Source: Eledone cirrhosa (lineage: Eukaryota). Taken from it: a stretch of DNA of 64,000 bases. Both the position numbers and the translations under genes were made by a program. Under the pieces are notes generated by a model. The model had not been told where the DNA came from. It was given only the letters and a program-made list of their open reading frames with translations, and did not search any database. Below, piece by piece: positions 32,209-44,337 of this stretch (the stretch's first letter is position 1; each line of letters begins with the position of its first letter). The stretch lies in the NCBI GenBank assembly GCA_964016885.1, contig OZ024740.1:432946001-433010000 (forward strand). Direction: 5' to 3'.

Positions 32209-32870
32209 AAATAACACAAGACACGGTCCCACCCAAAACAACTCCAAAAACACACACAAACACAACAAAACCCCAAAATACACCACTACCCGACAGCACG
32301 GACGAGGACCCAGCTGAAAGGGCACCTAGTGACGAAGAGGGGGAACCCTTCCAACCTGTAAAAAGAAAAAAAAGAAAACACCACACGAACATAAACGAAA
32401 CAAACACACAACCACCAACAAAATCAAAACAAACAGAACAAACAAAATCCAACCCACCCCAAAACATAACACATACAACAAAACGCAAGCACACACAAGA
32501 ACAACAAACAAACGCAACACAAATAAAACAGTATACATACATTAACACAAATAACAAAGAACTAGTAAAAACAATACACAAAGACCCTTCGGTGGAAACT
32601 GAAGGGCAATTCTTTGCAAGCGCGGCCAACAAACCGCATTTAAAAATGATAAGACTCCCAATGGACACCTATGCAAAACTAAGAGAGAACTTCCTGAGGA
32701 CGTGGGGGAAAACATGTACTCGACCCTATAACCGCGTCCTCTTGAAACGTTTCCCCACCCACACCTCACCAAACACCAACACCCCACCACAGAACAACAC
32801 CCCACCAAACAACCCCTCCAATACGCCCATGGATATTGTGCAACTTGCTCCCCAGGAGCCGAACAGGTAG
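31073..32870 (+). pseudogene. LINE ORF1 (gag-like, zinc knuckle), probably frameshifted near 31395
   Basis: N-terminal MDGIF...SFAQAVRK in one frame continues in another frame to CYYCSSRGHLRAAC (CX2CX4HX4C), a poly-Thr tract and a KRKKRK basic patch. Confidence 0.8.
32088..32206. repeat. (ACC)n(ACA)n microsatellite in frame within ORF1 (poly-Thr)
   Basis: Directly visible. Confidence 0.9.
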
Positions 32871-32891
32871 GTCCTTCCTCTTTTAACCAAC

Positions 32892-35800
32892 ATGGCTGAT
32901 ATAAGAGTTGGGTGTCTGAATGTACGCGCCCTGGGACTGTCTTGGAAACAAGGCAAACTTTTAAACGATCTCAGGTCGCATAGAATGGATGTAATGGCTA
33001 TTTGCGAGTCCAGGATCAGCAGCGAACGCCAACTAGCGCCCCTCTTCGACGACTTTGAGATATTCGCATCTCTCTGTCAACCGGGGGGTGGGGGTGGAGT
33101 TTAGACGTCGGCAGTAGTGAAAGTGGAGCCCTTAGACTAATTGCTGTGTACGCCCCTTTTTGGGCAGCGCGGCCGGACTACTTCCAACGTCTGGAAACTT
33201 TTCTGGGAACATCCCGCGCCTTGCTTTTAGTGGGGGACTGGAATGGTATCCTGGATGCACGTTGGGACTATGTAGGGGCATGTGCCAATAGAGGGGGGTG
33301 TAAAAGCCTCAAAAGGTTAATCGGCCGATTCGACCTGGCCGATAGATATCGACTAGATTTTCCGACTGTACCACTATGGACGTGGACCAATCGCAGCGGA
33401 ACATCTAGGTCGTACCTAGATAGGGTCCTAGTTGGAGATAAGGATAGGGACACATTTAGCTGTCCAAAAATGTTCATGGTTGACTATTCGGATCACAAGT
33501 TAGTGACCTGCATAGCCAACCTTGATAGAACCCATAGACAGGAACCCGGTTACTGGAAGCTGAACTTGTCCTTACCGACAAGCAAAGCTTATAGTAAACG
33601 GATTAGCACGTTAGTTAAGCAGAGTTTGACAGGGGCAATTGTCAACAACAGGTGGTGGAGCTCTCTTGAGAGAGCAATTAGAATAGAATCGATAGGTTTT
33701 AGTCAGGAATTAGCAAGGGATAGGAACAAGGTGGAAAGGGAATTAGTAGATAGAGTAGAAGAGGCGATTAGGAGTGGCAATGTAGCCGGCGTGCTGGCAT
33801 CAAGAATGGCCTTAGACCAGTTCTTTGATGTGAAGCACGAGGGCTGCGTTGTCAGGAGTAAAATACGTGCTCTGGGTAATGAGGGAGCCAAAGCTGTTAG
33901 CTGGGCCCGAGTGACAGAGGCAAAAAGTGGGAACAAGTCCACGATTCGGTCTTTGAAGGACCAGGATGGGCGTGTGATCCTTGAACCTGGGCAGATGTGT
34001 GCGGCCATTCAGCGGCGCTTTGCACGACTGTTCGGGAGGGGCGGTGAGCCGGGTGAGACTATGGATTTCAATCCATACCTCGACGGTCTGCCGCGCCTCT
34101 CGGACGGGGAGGCGAAGTTCTGCGAAAGGCCGATTTCAGCTGCTGAGCCAATGCGGCAAACGCAAATCCCCGGGTCTCGATGGTCTACCATACGAGCTAT
34201 ATGTAGCGATGCCGGACTTGTTCTCCGATATCCTCGAAGCGGTCTACTGCAACTGGCAGCAGAACGGGAGAATTCCCAGTTCTGTGGCCAAGGGCGTAGT
34301 TACGCTGGTGAGGAAGGACGAGAACAAGGGGGATGACATAAGTAACTTCAGGCCCATAACTCTGCTAAATGCAGAGTTAAAGATTTTGGCCAAGGTGTTA
34401 GCGAAGAAGTTGGCGCTTGTTGTCGGAAAGCTGGTGGGAGAAGCGCAGACATGCGCAATCCTGTCCAGGTCCATTCACGACAATCTCCACCTTATGCGAT
34501 ACATCATAGAGAGGGTAGGGATTGAACCCGGCTTTGGTGGGGCCCTGATCAACTTGGATCAATCTAAAGCTTTCGATAGGGTTGACCATCGTTACGTGGA
34601 TGCGGTGCTCGCGGTGGGAGGCTTCGTACCCGTTTTCAGGAGTTGGGTTGCTGCGATGCACAGCAGCAACGTCTTCTCAAGGGTCAAGGTGAATGGCCAC
34701 CTCTCGGAGCCGTTCCAAATCATGCGATCCATCCGACAGGGATGCCCTCTCTCCTCCCTTCAGTATGTGCTGGCTCTTGAGCCACTACTGCGGAAGTTGG
34801 AGCGGTTGCAGGGCATCCCTTTGGAACCGGGATTGCAGAAAGCGGCGTCGGCCTATGCCGATGACGTGACAGTAATGGTGTCGAGAACCTCGCAAATCGG
34901 TGAATTCGGCACCTTACTGGAGGAATATGAAAGGTTTACAGGAGCCAAGCTGAACCGGGACAAGTCCGTCGGTTTGCAACTCGGAACATGGAGAGGCAAA
35001 CCGATGCCCTCCAACGACGTCGTCGGACGCTGGACGGAGGGCCCGGTGAAGCTGCTCGGGGTCTGGTTCGGACCAGACCTCCAGGTGGAGAAAAACTGGA
35101 ACGAGGTAATGGCAAGGGTGTTTGCACTCACCCAGAAGTGGGCCCAGTGCAAACTATCCCTGAAAGGTCGAGCGGAGGTGGCGAACGCTTATATAGCATC
35201 CGTCATCTACTACCGCTTGACCGTCGTGCCTTGCCCAGTGAAAAGACTCGCCAAAATGGAGTGCGCGCTGTTCCAATTTCTTTGGAACAAGCGGACCTCT
35301 TTGGTGAGGAGATCCATCTGCTGTCAACACCCTTCGAAAGGAGGGCTGGGGATGCCGTGGCTACAGATGCATAAACACGCATTAAGGCTATGGCACCTCC
35401 AGGTATTCCTCACCGGTCAACCAGTGTGGGCCCCGTTTCTGAGGCGAGCCTTTCCCAGACTCGTCTCGCTCACCGAGCTGCAATCCTGGGTCAAGCAAAG
35501 ACCGAGAAAAGTGGGCGACTGGCACATTGAATGTGCCCAGGCGCTCACGGCCCTCTGGAAAGCGGACCCGGCAATCAGTGGAGACTCCACCTCGACATTC
35601 TATAGAGGGTTGGTACGCAGCAGGTGCGACGATGCTCTCGGAGAAGCTCTAGGCATGGAGGAAGATGAACTGGCCAGTCTATTCGGTAGGACGTTTGGCC
35701 CTGGACTGATGGACAACTTCCAAAAGTCCCTGGCTTGGCAGTGCTACCGAGGGGCTCTACCCGTTCGAGACAAGCTCCACAGGCATGGGAGCATGGGTAG

Positions 35801-36236
35801 GGATCTTTTGAATAAGATCTGTCCGAGATGCGTGCATGATGACGGAACCGTTGCGCACGCATTCGTACACTGCCCAGGCATTGCTGACCTGTGGGGCTAT
35901 GTGGAACGACTACTGTCGAGGGTGGGACCAATCCGGTTGACCACCGAGTCCATTGTCATGATCAAACCGCCTCCCCCTTTCAAAAACGAAGGAGAGGCGG
36001 TTTTTCTTTGTGTGATAGCCATGGCTAAAGAAGTTGTATGGTGGACGAGGCTGAAAGGGCTGAGGTCAGACACCTTTCTCTCCGGCCAACAACTGGTCCC
36101 CTTTTTCAAATACCATTTTAAAAGAAGGATCAGAATGGAGAGAGAGGTGCTCTACCCCAGCAAGTTTTATGAAAGGTGGGTGAAAGTAGGGAGAATGGCC
36201 AGAGTGAATGGGTCTTCTCTCTATATCAGCCTGTAG
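32892..36236 (+). pseudogene. LINE ORF2 (APE endonuclease, reverse transcriptase, C-terminal zinc motif) with two frameshifting deletions
   Basis: APE motifs CLNVRAL, AICESR, VYAP, GDWN, SYLDRV, SDHKLV. RT motifs KSPGLDGLP, FRPITLLNAELKILAK, LDQSKAFDRVDH, IRQGCPLS, AYADD, KLLGVWF. C-terminal CPRC...HAFVHC. Frame breaks at about 33100 and 34148. Confidence 0.93.
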
Positions 36237-36470
36237 GTGAAAGAAGAGGAAAAAGAGGAGACGAGGGAAGCACCTACTCTTTGTGCTCCTGAGGAGAAGG
36301 GTTGCACAATTTTTCCGGGGTGTGTGCGACCCATGTTAATGCCCCTTCCCTATTGAGGAATTCGTTTGTTGTTGTTATTTCATTGTTATATTTTTGTACT
36401 CGTTAATTATATGTAAACTTCCCCCCTTGTATCTGTCCCTACCTTTTGTGCCCTGGTGGCAAATAAAGAA

Positions 36471-37243
36471 ATCACTCTATATATACTATTGTATTTTCAC
36501 AGAAAAAGCTTTACCTTACATAATATCTCACATAACATTTACATTACTCTATATATACTATTGTATTTTCACGATAAAGGCTTTATCTTACATAATATCT
36601 CACATAACATTTATATTACTCTATATTTACTATTGTATTTTCACAGAAAAGGCTTTATCTTACATAATATCTCACATAACATTTACATTACTCTATATAT
36701 ACTATTGTATTTTCACAGTAAAGGTTTACCTTACATAATATCTCACATAACATTTACATTACTCTATATTTACTATTGTTTTTTCACAGTAAAGGCTTTA
36801 TCTCACATAATATCTCACATAACATTTACATTACTCTATATATACTATTGTATTGTCACAGTAAAGGCTTTATCTTACATAATATCTCACATAACATTTA
36901 CAATACTCTATATTTACTATTGTATTTTCACAGTAAAGACTTTACCTCACATAATATCTCACATAACATTTACATTACTCTATATATACTATTGTATTTT
37001 CACAGTAAAGGCTTTATCTTACATAATATCTCCCATAACATTTACATTACTCTATATATACTATTGTATTGTCACAGTAAAGGCTTTATCTTACATAATA
37101 TCTCACATAACATTTACAATACTCTATATTTACTATTGTATTTTCACATTAAAGGCTTTACCTCACATAACATTTACATTACTCTATATATACTATTGTA
37201 TTTTCACAGAAAAGGCTTTATCTTACATAATATCTCACATAAT
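36471..37243. repeat. 72-bp minisatellite, right arm (about 11 copies, more diverged)
   Basis: Same unit as 30140-30862 with variants TCTTACATA, CAGAAAAGG and TATTTACT. Confidence 0.96.
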
Positions 37244-37380
37244 ATCGAATCTGAGATTTTGATATTTATTTTGAGAACAACACCTTAACGTCAGTTGAGT
37301 GGTCGGTTACGACCAGTTTCAACAGAAAAAGGTGAGAGAATTCTGGCTGGATACGGCTGGTTTAAATGCTAAAAGGTTAA

Positions 37381-37696
37381 AAGTATCTGTCCTTACTGGT
37401 CTCTATGTAACTGAGTGGTACAACATCACAAAGACAGAGAAGAAAATAAATGTCTTTCAAACTGCAACCCGAGGAGGATTATTTAGATGAGCAGACCAAG
37501 TGACCAACCACTATATGAGCATACCCCACCTCCCCACTAGTTAACACAGTCATCCAGCGGCAGTTATTGTTCATTGGATATTCGATTAAAAGAGGTAAGG
37601 AAGATGTGAAGCAACAATAATGTCTATAGGTACCACAACAGGGACAAAGTTCCATAAACAGACAGAAAGCCACCTATGTGATGTATATTGTTGGTC
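37381..37696 (+). pseudogene. Decayed RTE LINE ORF2, part 2
   Basis: KVSVLTGLYVTEWYNITKTEKKINVFQT (cf. SVLLYG.E.W), then DQVTNH...PLVNTVIQRQLLFIGYSIKR...VPQQG...RQKATYVMYI (cf. RQL.F.GH..R). Confidence 0.75.
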
Positions 37697-40600
37697 ACCT
37701 TACACAGGATGTCCACCTCAGACAGGATGTCTACCTCAGACAGGATGTCTACCTCAGACAGGATGTCTACCTCAGACAGGATGTCTACAACAGACAGGAT
37801 GTCTACAGTAGACAGGATGTCTACAGTAGACAGGATGTCCACCTCAGACAGGATGTCTACAACAGACAGGATGTCTACCTCAGACAGGATGTCTACAACA
37901 GACAGGATGTCTACTGTAGACAGGATGTCTACCTTAGACAGGATGTCTACCTTAGACAGGATGTCTACCTTAGACAGTATGTCTACCTTAGACAAGATGT
38001 CTACATTAGACAAGATGTCTACCTTAGACAAGATGTCTACCTTAGACAAGATGTCTACTTCAGACAGGATGTCTACATTAGACAGGATGTCTACATTAGA
38101 CAAGATGTCTACCTTAGACAGGATGTCTACCTTAGACAGGATGTCTACATTAGACAAGATGTCTACCTTAGACAGGATGTCTACAGTAGACAGGATGTCT
38201 ACCTTAGACAGGATGTCTACCTTAGACAGGATGTCTACATTAGACAAGATGTCTACCTTAGACAAGATGTCTACTTCAGACAGGATGTCTACATTAGACA
38301 AGATGTCTACCTTAGACAAGATGTCTACTTCAGACAGGATGTCTACATTAGACAGGATGTCTACATTACACAGGATGTCTACATTAAACAGGAAGTCTAC
38401 ATTACACAGGATGTCTACATTACACAGGATGTCTACTTCAGACAGGATGGCTACCTTAGACAGGATGTCTACATTACACAGGATGTCTACATTAAACAGG
38501 ATGTCTACATTAGACAGGATGTCTACATTATACAGGATGTCTACATTAAACAGGATGTCTACATTAGACAGGATGGCTACCTTAGACAGGATGTCTACAT
38601 TAGACAGGATGTCTACCTTAGACAGGATGTCTACCTTAGACAGGATGTCTACCTTAGACAGGATGTCTACATTAAACAGGATGTCTACATTAGACAGGAT
38701 GTCTACATTACACAGGATGTCTACATTAAACAGGATGTCTACATTAGACAGGATGGCTACCTTAGACAGGATGTCTACATTAGACAGGATGTCTACATTA
38801 AACAGGATGTCTAAATTAAACAGGATGTCTACATTAGACAGGATGTCTAAATTAAACAGGATGTCTACATTAGACAGGATGTCTACATTACACAGGATGT
38901 CTACATTAGACAGGATGGCTACCTTAGACAGGATGTCTACATTAGACAGGATGTCTACATTAGACAGGATGTCTACATTAGACAGGATGTCTAAATTAAA
39001 CAGGATGTCTACCTTAGACAGGATGTCTACAGTAGACAGGATGTCTACTTTAGACAGGATGTCTACATTAGACAAGATGTCTACATTAGACAAGATGTCT
39101 ACTTCAGACAGGATGTCTACAACAGACAGGAAGTCTACATTACACAGGATGTCTACTTCAGACAGGATGGCTACCTTCGACAGGATGTCTACCTTAGACA
39201 GGATGTCTACCTTAGACAGGATGTCCAACTCAGACAGGATGTCTACATTACACAGGATATCTACCTTAGACAGGATGTCTACATTAGACAAGATGTCTAC
39301 CTTAGATAGGATGTCTACATTAGACAGGATGTCTACCTTAGACAGGATGTCTACCTTAGACAGGATGTCTACATTAGACAGGATGTCTACCTTAGACAGG
39401 ATGTCTACCTTAGACAGGATGTCTACATTAGACAGGATGTCTACCTTAGACAGGATGTCTACCTTAGACAGGATGTCTACATTAGACAGGATGTCTACCT
39501 TAGACAGGATGTCTACCTTAGACAGGATGTCTACATTAGACAGGATGTCTACATTAAGCAGGATGTCTACCTTAGACAGGATGTCTACCTTAGACAGGAT
39601 GTCTACATTAGACAGGATGTCTACCTTAGACAGGATGTCTACCTTAGACAGGATGTCTACATTAGACAGGATGTCTACATTAAACAGGATGTCTACCTTA
39701 GACAGGATGTCTACATTAGACTGGATGTCTACATTAAACAGGATGTCTACCTTAGACAGGATGTCTACATTAGACAGGATGTCTACCTTAGACAGGATGT
39801 CTACCTTAGACAGGATGTCTACCTTAGACAGGATGTCTACAGTAGACAGGATGTCTACCTTAGACAGGATGTCTACCTTAGACTGGATGTCTACATTAGA
39901 CAGGATGTCTACATTACACAGGATGTCTACATTAGACAGGATGTCTACCTTAGACAGGATGTCTACCTTAGACAGGATGTCTACATTAGACAAGATGTCT
40001 ACCTTAGACAGGATGTCTACATTAGACAGGATGTCTACCTTAGACAGGATGTCTACAGTAGACAGGATGTCTACATTAGACAGGATGTCTACCTTAGACA
40101 GGATGTCTACCTTAGACAGGATGTCTACATTAGACAAGATGTCTACCTTAGACAGGATGTCTACATTAGACAGGATGTCTACCTTAGACAGGATGTCTAC
40201 AGTAGACAGGATGTCTACATTAGACAGGATGTCTACCTTAGACAGGATGTCTACCTTAGACAGGATGTCTACATTATACAGGATGTCTACATTAAACAGG
40301 ATGGCTACATTAAACAGGATGTCTACCTTAGACAGGATGTCTACATTAGACAGGATGTCTACATTAGACAGGATGGCTACATTAAACAGGATGTCTACAT
40401 TAGACAGGATGTCTACATTAGACAGGATTTCTACCTTAGACAGGATGTCTACATTAGACAGGATGTTTACCTTAGACAAGATGTCTACCTTAGACAGGAT
40501 GTCTACCTTAGACAGGATGTTTACCTTAGACAGGATGTCTACCTTAGACAGGATGTCTACAGTAGATTGGATGTTTACCTTAGACAGGATGTCTACAGTA

Positions 40601-42306
40601 GACAGGATGTCTACCTTAGACAGGATGTCCACATTAAACAGGATGTCTACCTTAGACAGGATGTCTACAGTAGACAGGATGTCTACCTTAGACAGGATGT
40701 CTACATTAGACAGGATGTCTACAGTAGATTGGATGTCTACCTTAGACAGGATGTCTACCTTAGACAGGATGTCTACCTTAGACAGGATGTCTACATTAGA
40801 CAGGATGTCTATATTAAACAGGATGTTTACCTTAGACAAGATGTCTACCTTAGACAGGATGTCTACCTTAGACAGGATGTCTACATTAGACTGGATGTCT
40901 ACATTAGACAGGATGTCTACCTAAGACAAGATGTCTACCTTAGACAGGATGTCTACATTAGACAGGATGTCTATATTAAACAGGATGTTTACCTTAGACA
41001 AGATGTCTACCTTAGACAGGATGTCTACATTAGACAGGATGTCTACATTAGATAGGATGTCTACATTAGACAGGATGTCTACATTAGACAGGATTTCTAC
41101 CTTAGACAGGATGTCTACATTAGACAGGATGTTTACCTTAGACAAGATGTCTACCTTAGACAGGATGTCTACCTTAGACAGGATGTCTACATTAGACAGG
41201 ATGTCTACCTTAGACAAGATGTCTACCTTAGACAGGATGTCTACATTAGACAGGATGTCTATATTAAACAGGATGTTTACCTTAGACAGGATGTCTACAT
41301 TAGACAGGATGTCTATATTAAACAGGATGTTTACCTTAGACAAGATGTCTACCTTAGACAGGATGTCTACATTAGACAGGATGTCTACATTAGATAGGAT
41401 GTCTACATTAGACAGGATGTCTACATTAGACAGGAAGTCTACATTAGACTGGACGTCTACCTTAGACAGGATGTCTACCTTAGACAGGATGTTTACCTTA
41501 GACAGGATGTCTACATTAGACAGGATGTCTACATTAGACAGGATGTCTACCTTACACAGGATGTCTACCTTAGACAGGATGTCTATTTTAGACAGGATGT
41601 CTACCTTAGACAGGATGTCTACATTAGACAGGATGTCTACATTAGACAGGATGTCTACAGTAGACAGGATGTCTACATTAGACAGGATGTCTACATTAGA
41701 CAGGATGTCTACAGTAGACAGGATGTCTACCTTAGACAGGATGTCTACATTAGACAGGATGTCTACAGTAGATTGGATGTCTACCTTAGACAGGATGTCT
41801 ACATTAGACAGGATGTCTACCTTAGACAAGATGTCTACCTTAGACAGGATGTCTACATTAGACAGGATGTCTATATTAAACAGGATGTTTACCTTAGACA
41901 AGATGTCTACCTTAGACAGGATGTCTACATTAGACAGGATGTCTACATTAGACAGGATGTCTACATTAGACAGGATGTCTACAGTAGACAGGATGTCTAC
42001 CTTAGACAGGATGTCTACATTAGACAGGATGTCTACAGTAGATTGGATGTCTACCTTAGACAGGATGTCTACATTAGACAGGATGTCTACATTAGACAGG
42101 ATGTCTACCTTAGACAGGATGTCTACCTTAGACAGGATGTTTACCTTAGACAGGATGTCTACAGTAGACAGGATGTCTACCTTAGACAGGATGTCCACAT
42201 TAAACAGGATGTCTACCTTAGACAGGATGTCTATAGTAGACAGGATGTCTACCTTAGACAGGATGTTTACTTTAGACAGGATGTCTACATTAAACAGGTC
42301 TACCTT
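37697..42306. repeat. 18-bp minisatellite (TAGACAGGATGTCTACCT/CAT), 256 units
   Basis: Directly visible. ACCTT at 37697 to ACCTT at 42302 is 256 x 18 minus one 3-bp deletion in the last unit. Confidence 0.98.
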
Positions 42307-42396
42307 GAAGAGAATGAAGTACATAAACCAGCCAAGAACAGAGTAGTATGGAGATCTGTTGCTAAGGCTGCCTCTTCTTTTTCTACACCAGGATGA
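42307..42396 (+). pseudogene. Decayed RTE LINE ORF2, part 3 (extreme C-terminus)
   Basis: EENEVHKPAKNRVVWRSVAKAASS fits the terminal A.DR..WR motif and is in the same frame as MYIVGHLTQDV before the minisatellite. Confidence 0.72.
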
Positions 42397-42668
42397 GACA
42401 GAGCAAACCTGGAGATTGTGTGGACTGGGATCCCTGTTGAGATGCCACTGGGATAAAAACAATTCATTTGTGGATTTCATAGTTAATGCATTTCATTGAG
42501 TTTGTGTATAATTGTATTTGATTACCACCTAACTTTATTAGTAGCACGAGATTTTGGACCTTGACATTGTCCTTTTATAGTGTGGCTGATAACTAGGTAA
42601 GCTGAAGGTCAAGGACATGAAGTGATGAATTCATTTGTAAAAGGCAGAGTTAAAGCCTCTGATTCTAC

Positions 42669-42825
42669 CCACTATTGGCTACTTTAGTTGAGGTCAGCCA
42701 AACAAGACACACATATCCATCCAATATTGGCTAGTTAAGGTCAGCCAAACAAGACACACGTGCTTCCACTATTGGCTAGTTGAGGTCAGCCAAACAAGAC
42801 ACACATGTACTGCCACTATTGGCCA
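42669..42825. repeat. Three and a partial copy of an approximately 47-52 bp unit (CCACTATTGGCTAGTTGAGGTCAGCCAAACAAGACACAC)
   Basis: Directly visible tandem copies. Confidence 0.85.
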
Positions 42826-43919
42826 GTTTTATTCTATTTATTGTTTTGCTTGATAATTTGCTCTATAAAAATGCTTCTGTACCTAAAGATGTGTCCGCTG
42901 TACCACAGAAATTCTACATATCATTTATAATAGGCAATTAATTATTAATAAACGATCTGAAATCTTGAGCTCTTGTCTTCACAGATTTTCGAAAACGTTT
43001 CATAGAATGTTTAGTTAAACTTAATATAAAAAATAAAATAAGTAATATTTCTTTATATATAATTTTTAAGCGATTCTATTGTTTAAATAGAAAATAAAGA
43101 CAAATAGACAAAATAAGTAAACTAATATATTTTTTTCATTATAACTTTTTCATCTACCTTATCTTTAGTTAGTATAATAAGTAAATTAAATTTGATAGTG
43201 ATAAACTAGGCTATAATACATACATCTTTTCTTATAATAATAGTTACACAAGTAGTTCATATTTTCCTTTATTCATATAATACATACTTAAATATAATTG
43301 TTGAAAGGAAAAATTAGGCCACAGTAATAACATCTCTTCTTTTGAACTAAATATTTTATCCCATAGCATTATAACCCAATCAGTTATATAAAGAAAGCTA
43401 TACCAATTGTTAGATATCTTTCCACTCGTATAATACCAATAGAAATTATACAAAAACATGGATAATTTACCTTTGAATTTGTAATCCTAATTTTTCTTCT
43501 TTATTATTTAGTTTCAATATGATTCTTGCATCCTCGAATATTTTTTTCTTTGGTATAATATATATATATATTTTAGTATAGTATCTATTTTAAGCTAATA
43601 TAAGTAACATATTTATTTTTTGACCAATCTAATTACATCATATTTTAAATAATTTCAAAAACATTAAGTCCAACTGTATTTTTCTCCCACTTATGTAACA
43701 CTTTCTGTGTTGGGATTTTTTTCTAATCATAAGCTTGGTTGTCACCGATCTGTCCAACTCGTTTGACCACCAGTATATCAAAACAAACCTACATCTCCCA
43801 TGAATTTTGTCTGATGAGAACATGTTCTGGATTATGTTAAATATAAGCCTTGCATCTTCGAAATATGCATAATAAAATAGAGATAATCTAAAGTAACTAT
43901 CTTTTGTTTATTATTATTA

Positions 43920-43987
43920 TATGCATATATATATATATATACACACACATATGCAAATATATATATATATATATACACACACACATA

Positions 43988-44043
<56 letters not shown>
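43920..44043. repeat. (TA)n/(CA)n microsatellite
   Basis: Directly visible. Confidence 0.92.
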
Positions 44044-44048
<5 letters not shown>

Positions 44049-44337
44049 GAATTCTGCAGTTTTGGTCTATCTATAATTCCACACACAAGGTATTGGTTAA
44101 CCAAAATCTATGGTAAAATACATTTGCCCAAAGTGTGGATGGAATCTGAAACCACATGCTTCCAAAGCTAACATCTTAACCACAACCAAGCTTGTCTCTA
44201 TTTACATTTAGGCTGATGAGATTTACTGAGAGCTGAACAAGAGTTGTAACCTTTTATTAGTGTAACCTTTTAACCATAGTGGTGGTGATGATTATGATGA
44301 TGAAACACAAACTGTCAATCCCTTTTCATTGGTAAGA

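Larger units (their letters stand above)
30863..36472 (+). mobile_element. Near full-length, disrupted L1/Tx1-like non-LTR retrotransposon (about 5.6 kb)
   Basis: About 210-bp 5'UTR, ORF1 with a CCHC knuckle, ORF2 with APE, RT and C-terminal Cys/His motifs, and a 3'UTR ending AATAAAGAAATC. Inserted in the middle of the 72-bp array. Confidence 0.93.
30132..37376. mobile_element. Non-autonomous piggyBac-like (TTAA) MITE, expanded by an internal satellite and a nested LINE
   Basis: TIRs CCCTTTAGCATTTA (30132) and TAAATGCTAAAAGG (ending 37376), flanked by TGAA (30128-31) and TTAA (37377-80). The RTE relic is collinear across the element. Confidence 0.78.

Noticed and set aside
37624-42480. 1000-aa hexapeptide-repeat (beta-helix-like) proteins VDILSK / RMSTLD / RQDVYL
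   Set aside because: Open frames on both strands follow from the 18-bp unit. The flanks are a decayed RTE with stops, and the RQDVYL frame itself has stops.
43244-43823. Possible host exons on the minus strand
   Set aside because: Short AT-rich ORFs with no recognisable motif, and splice signals are not consistent enough to call.
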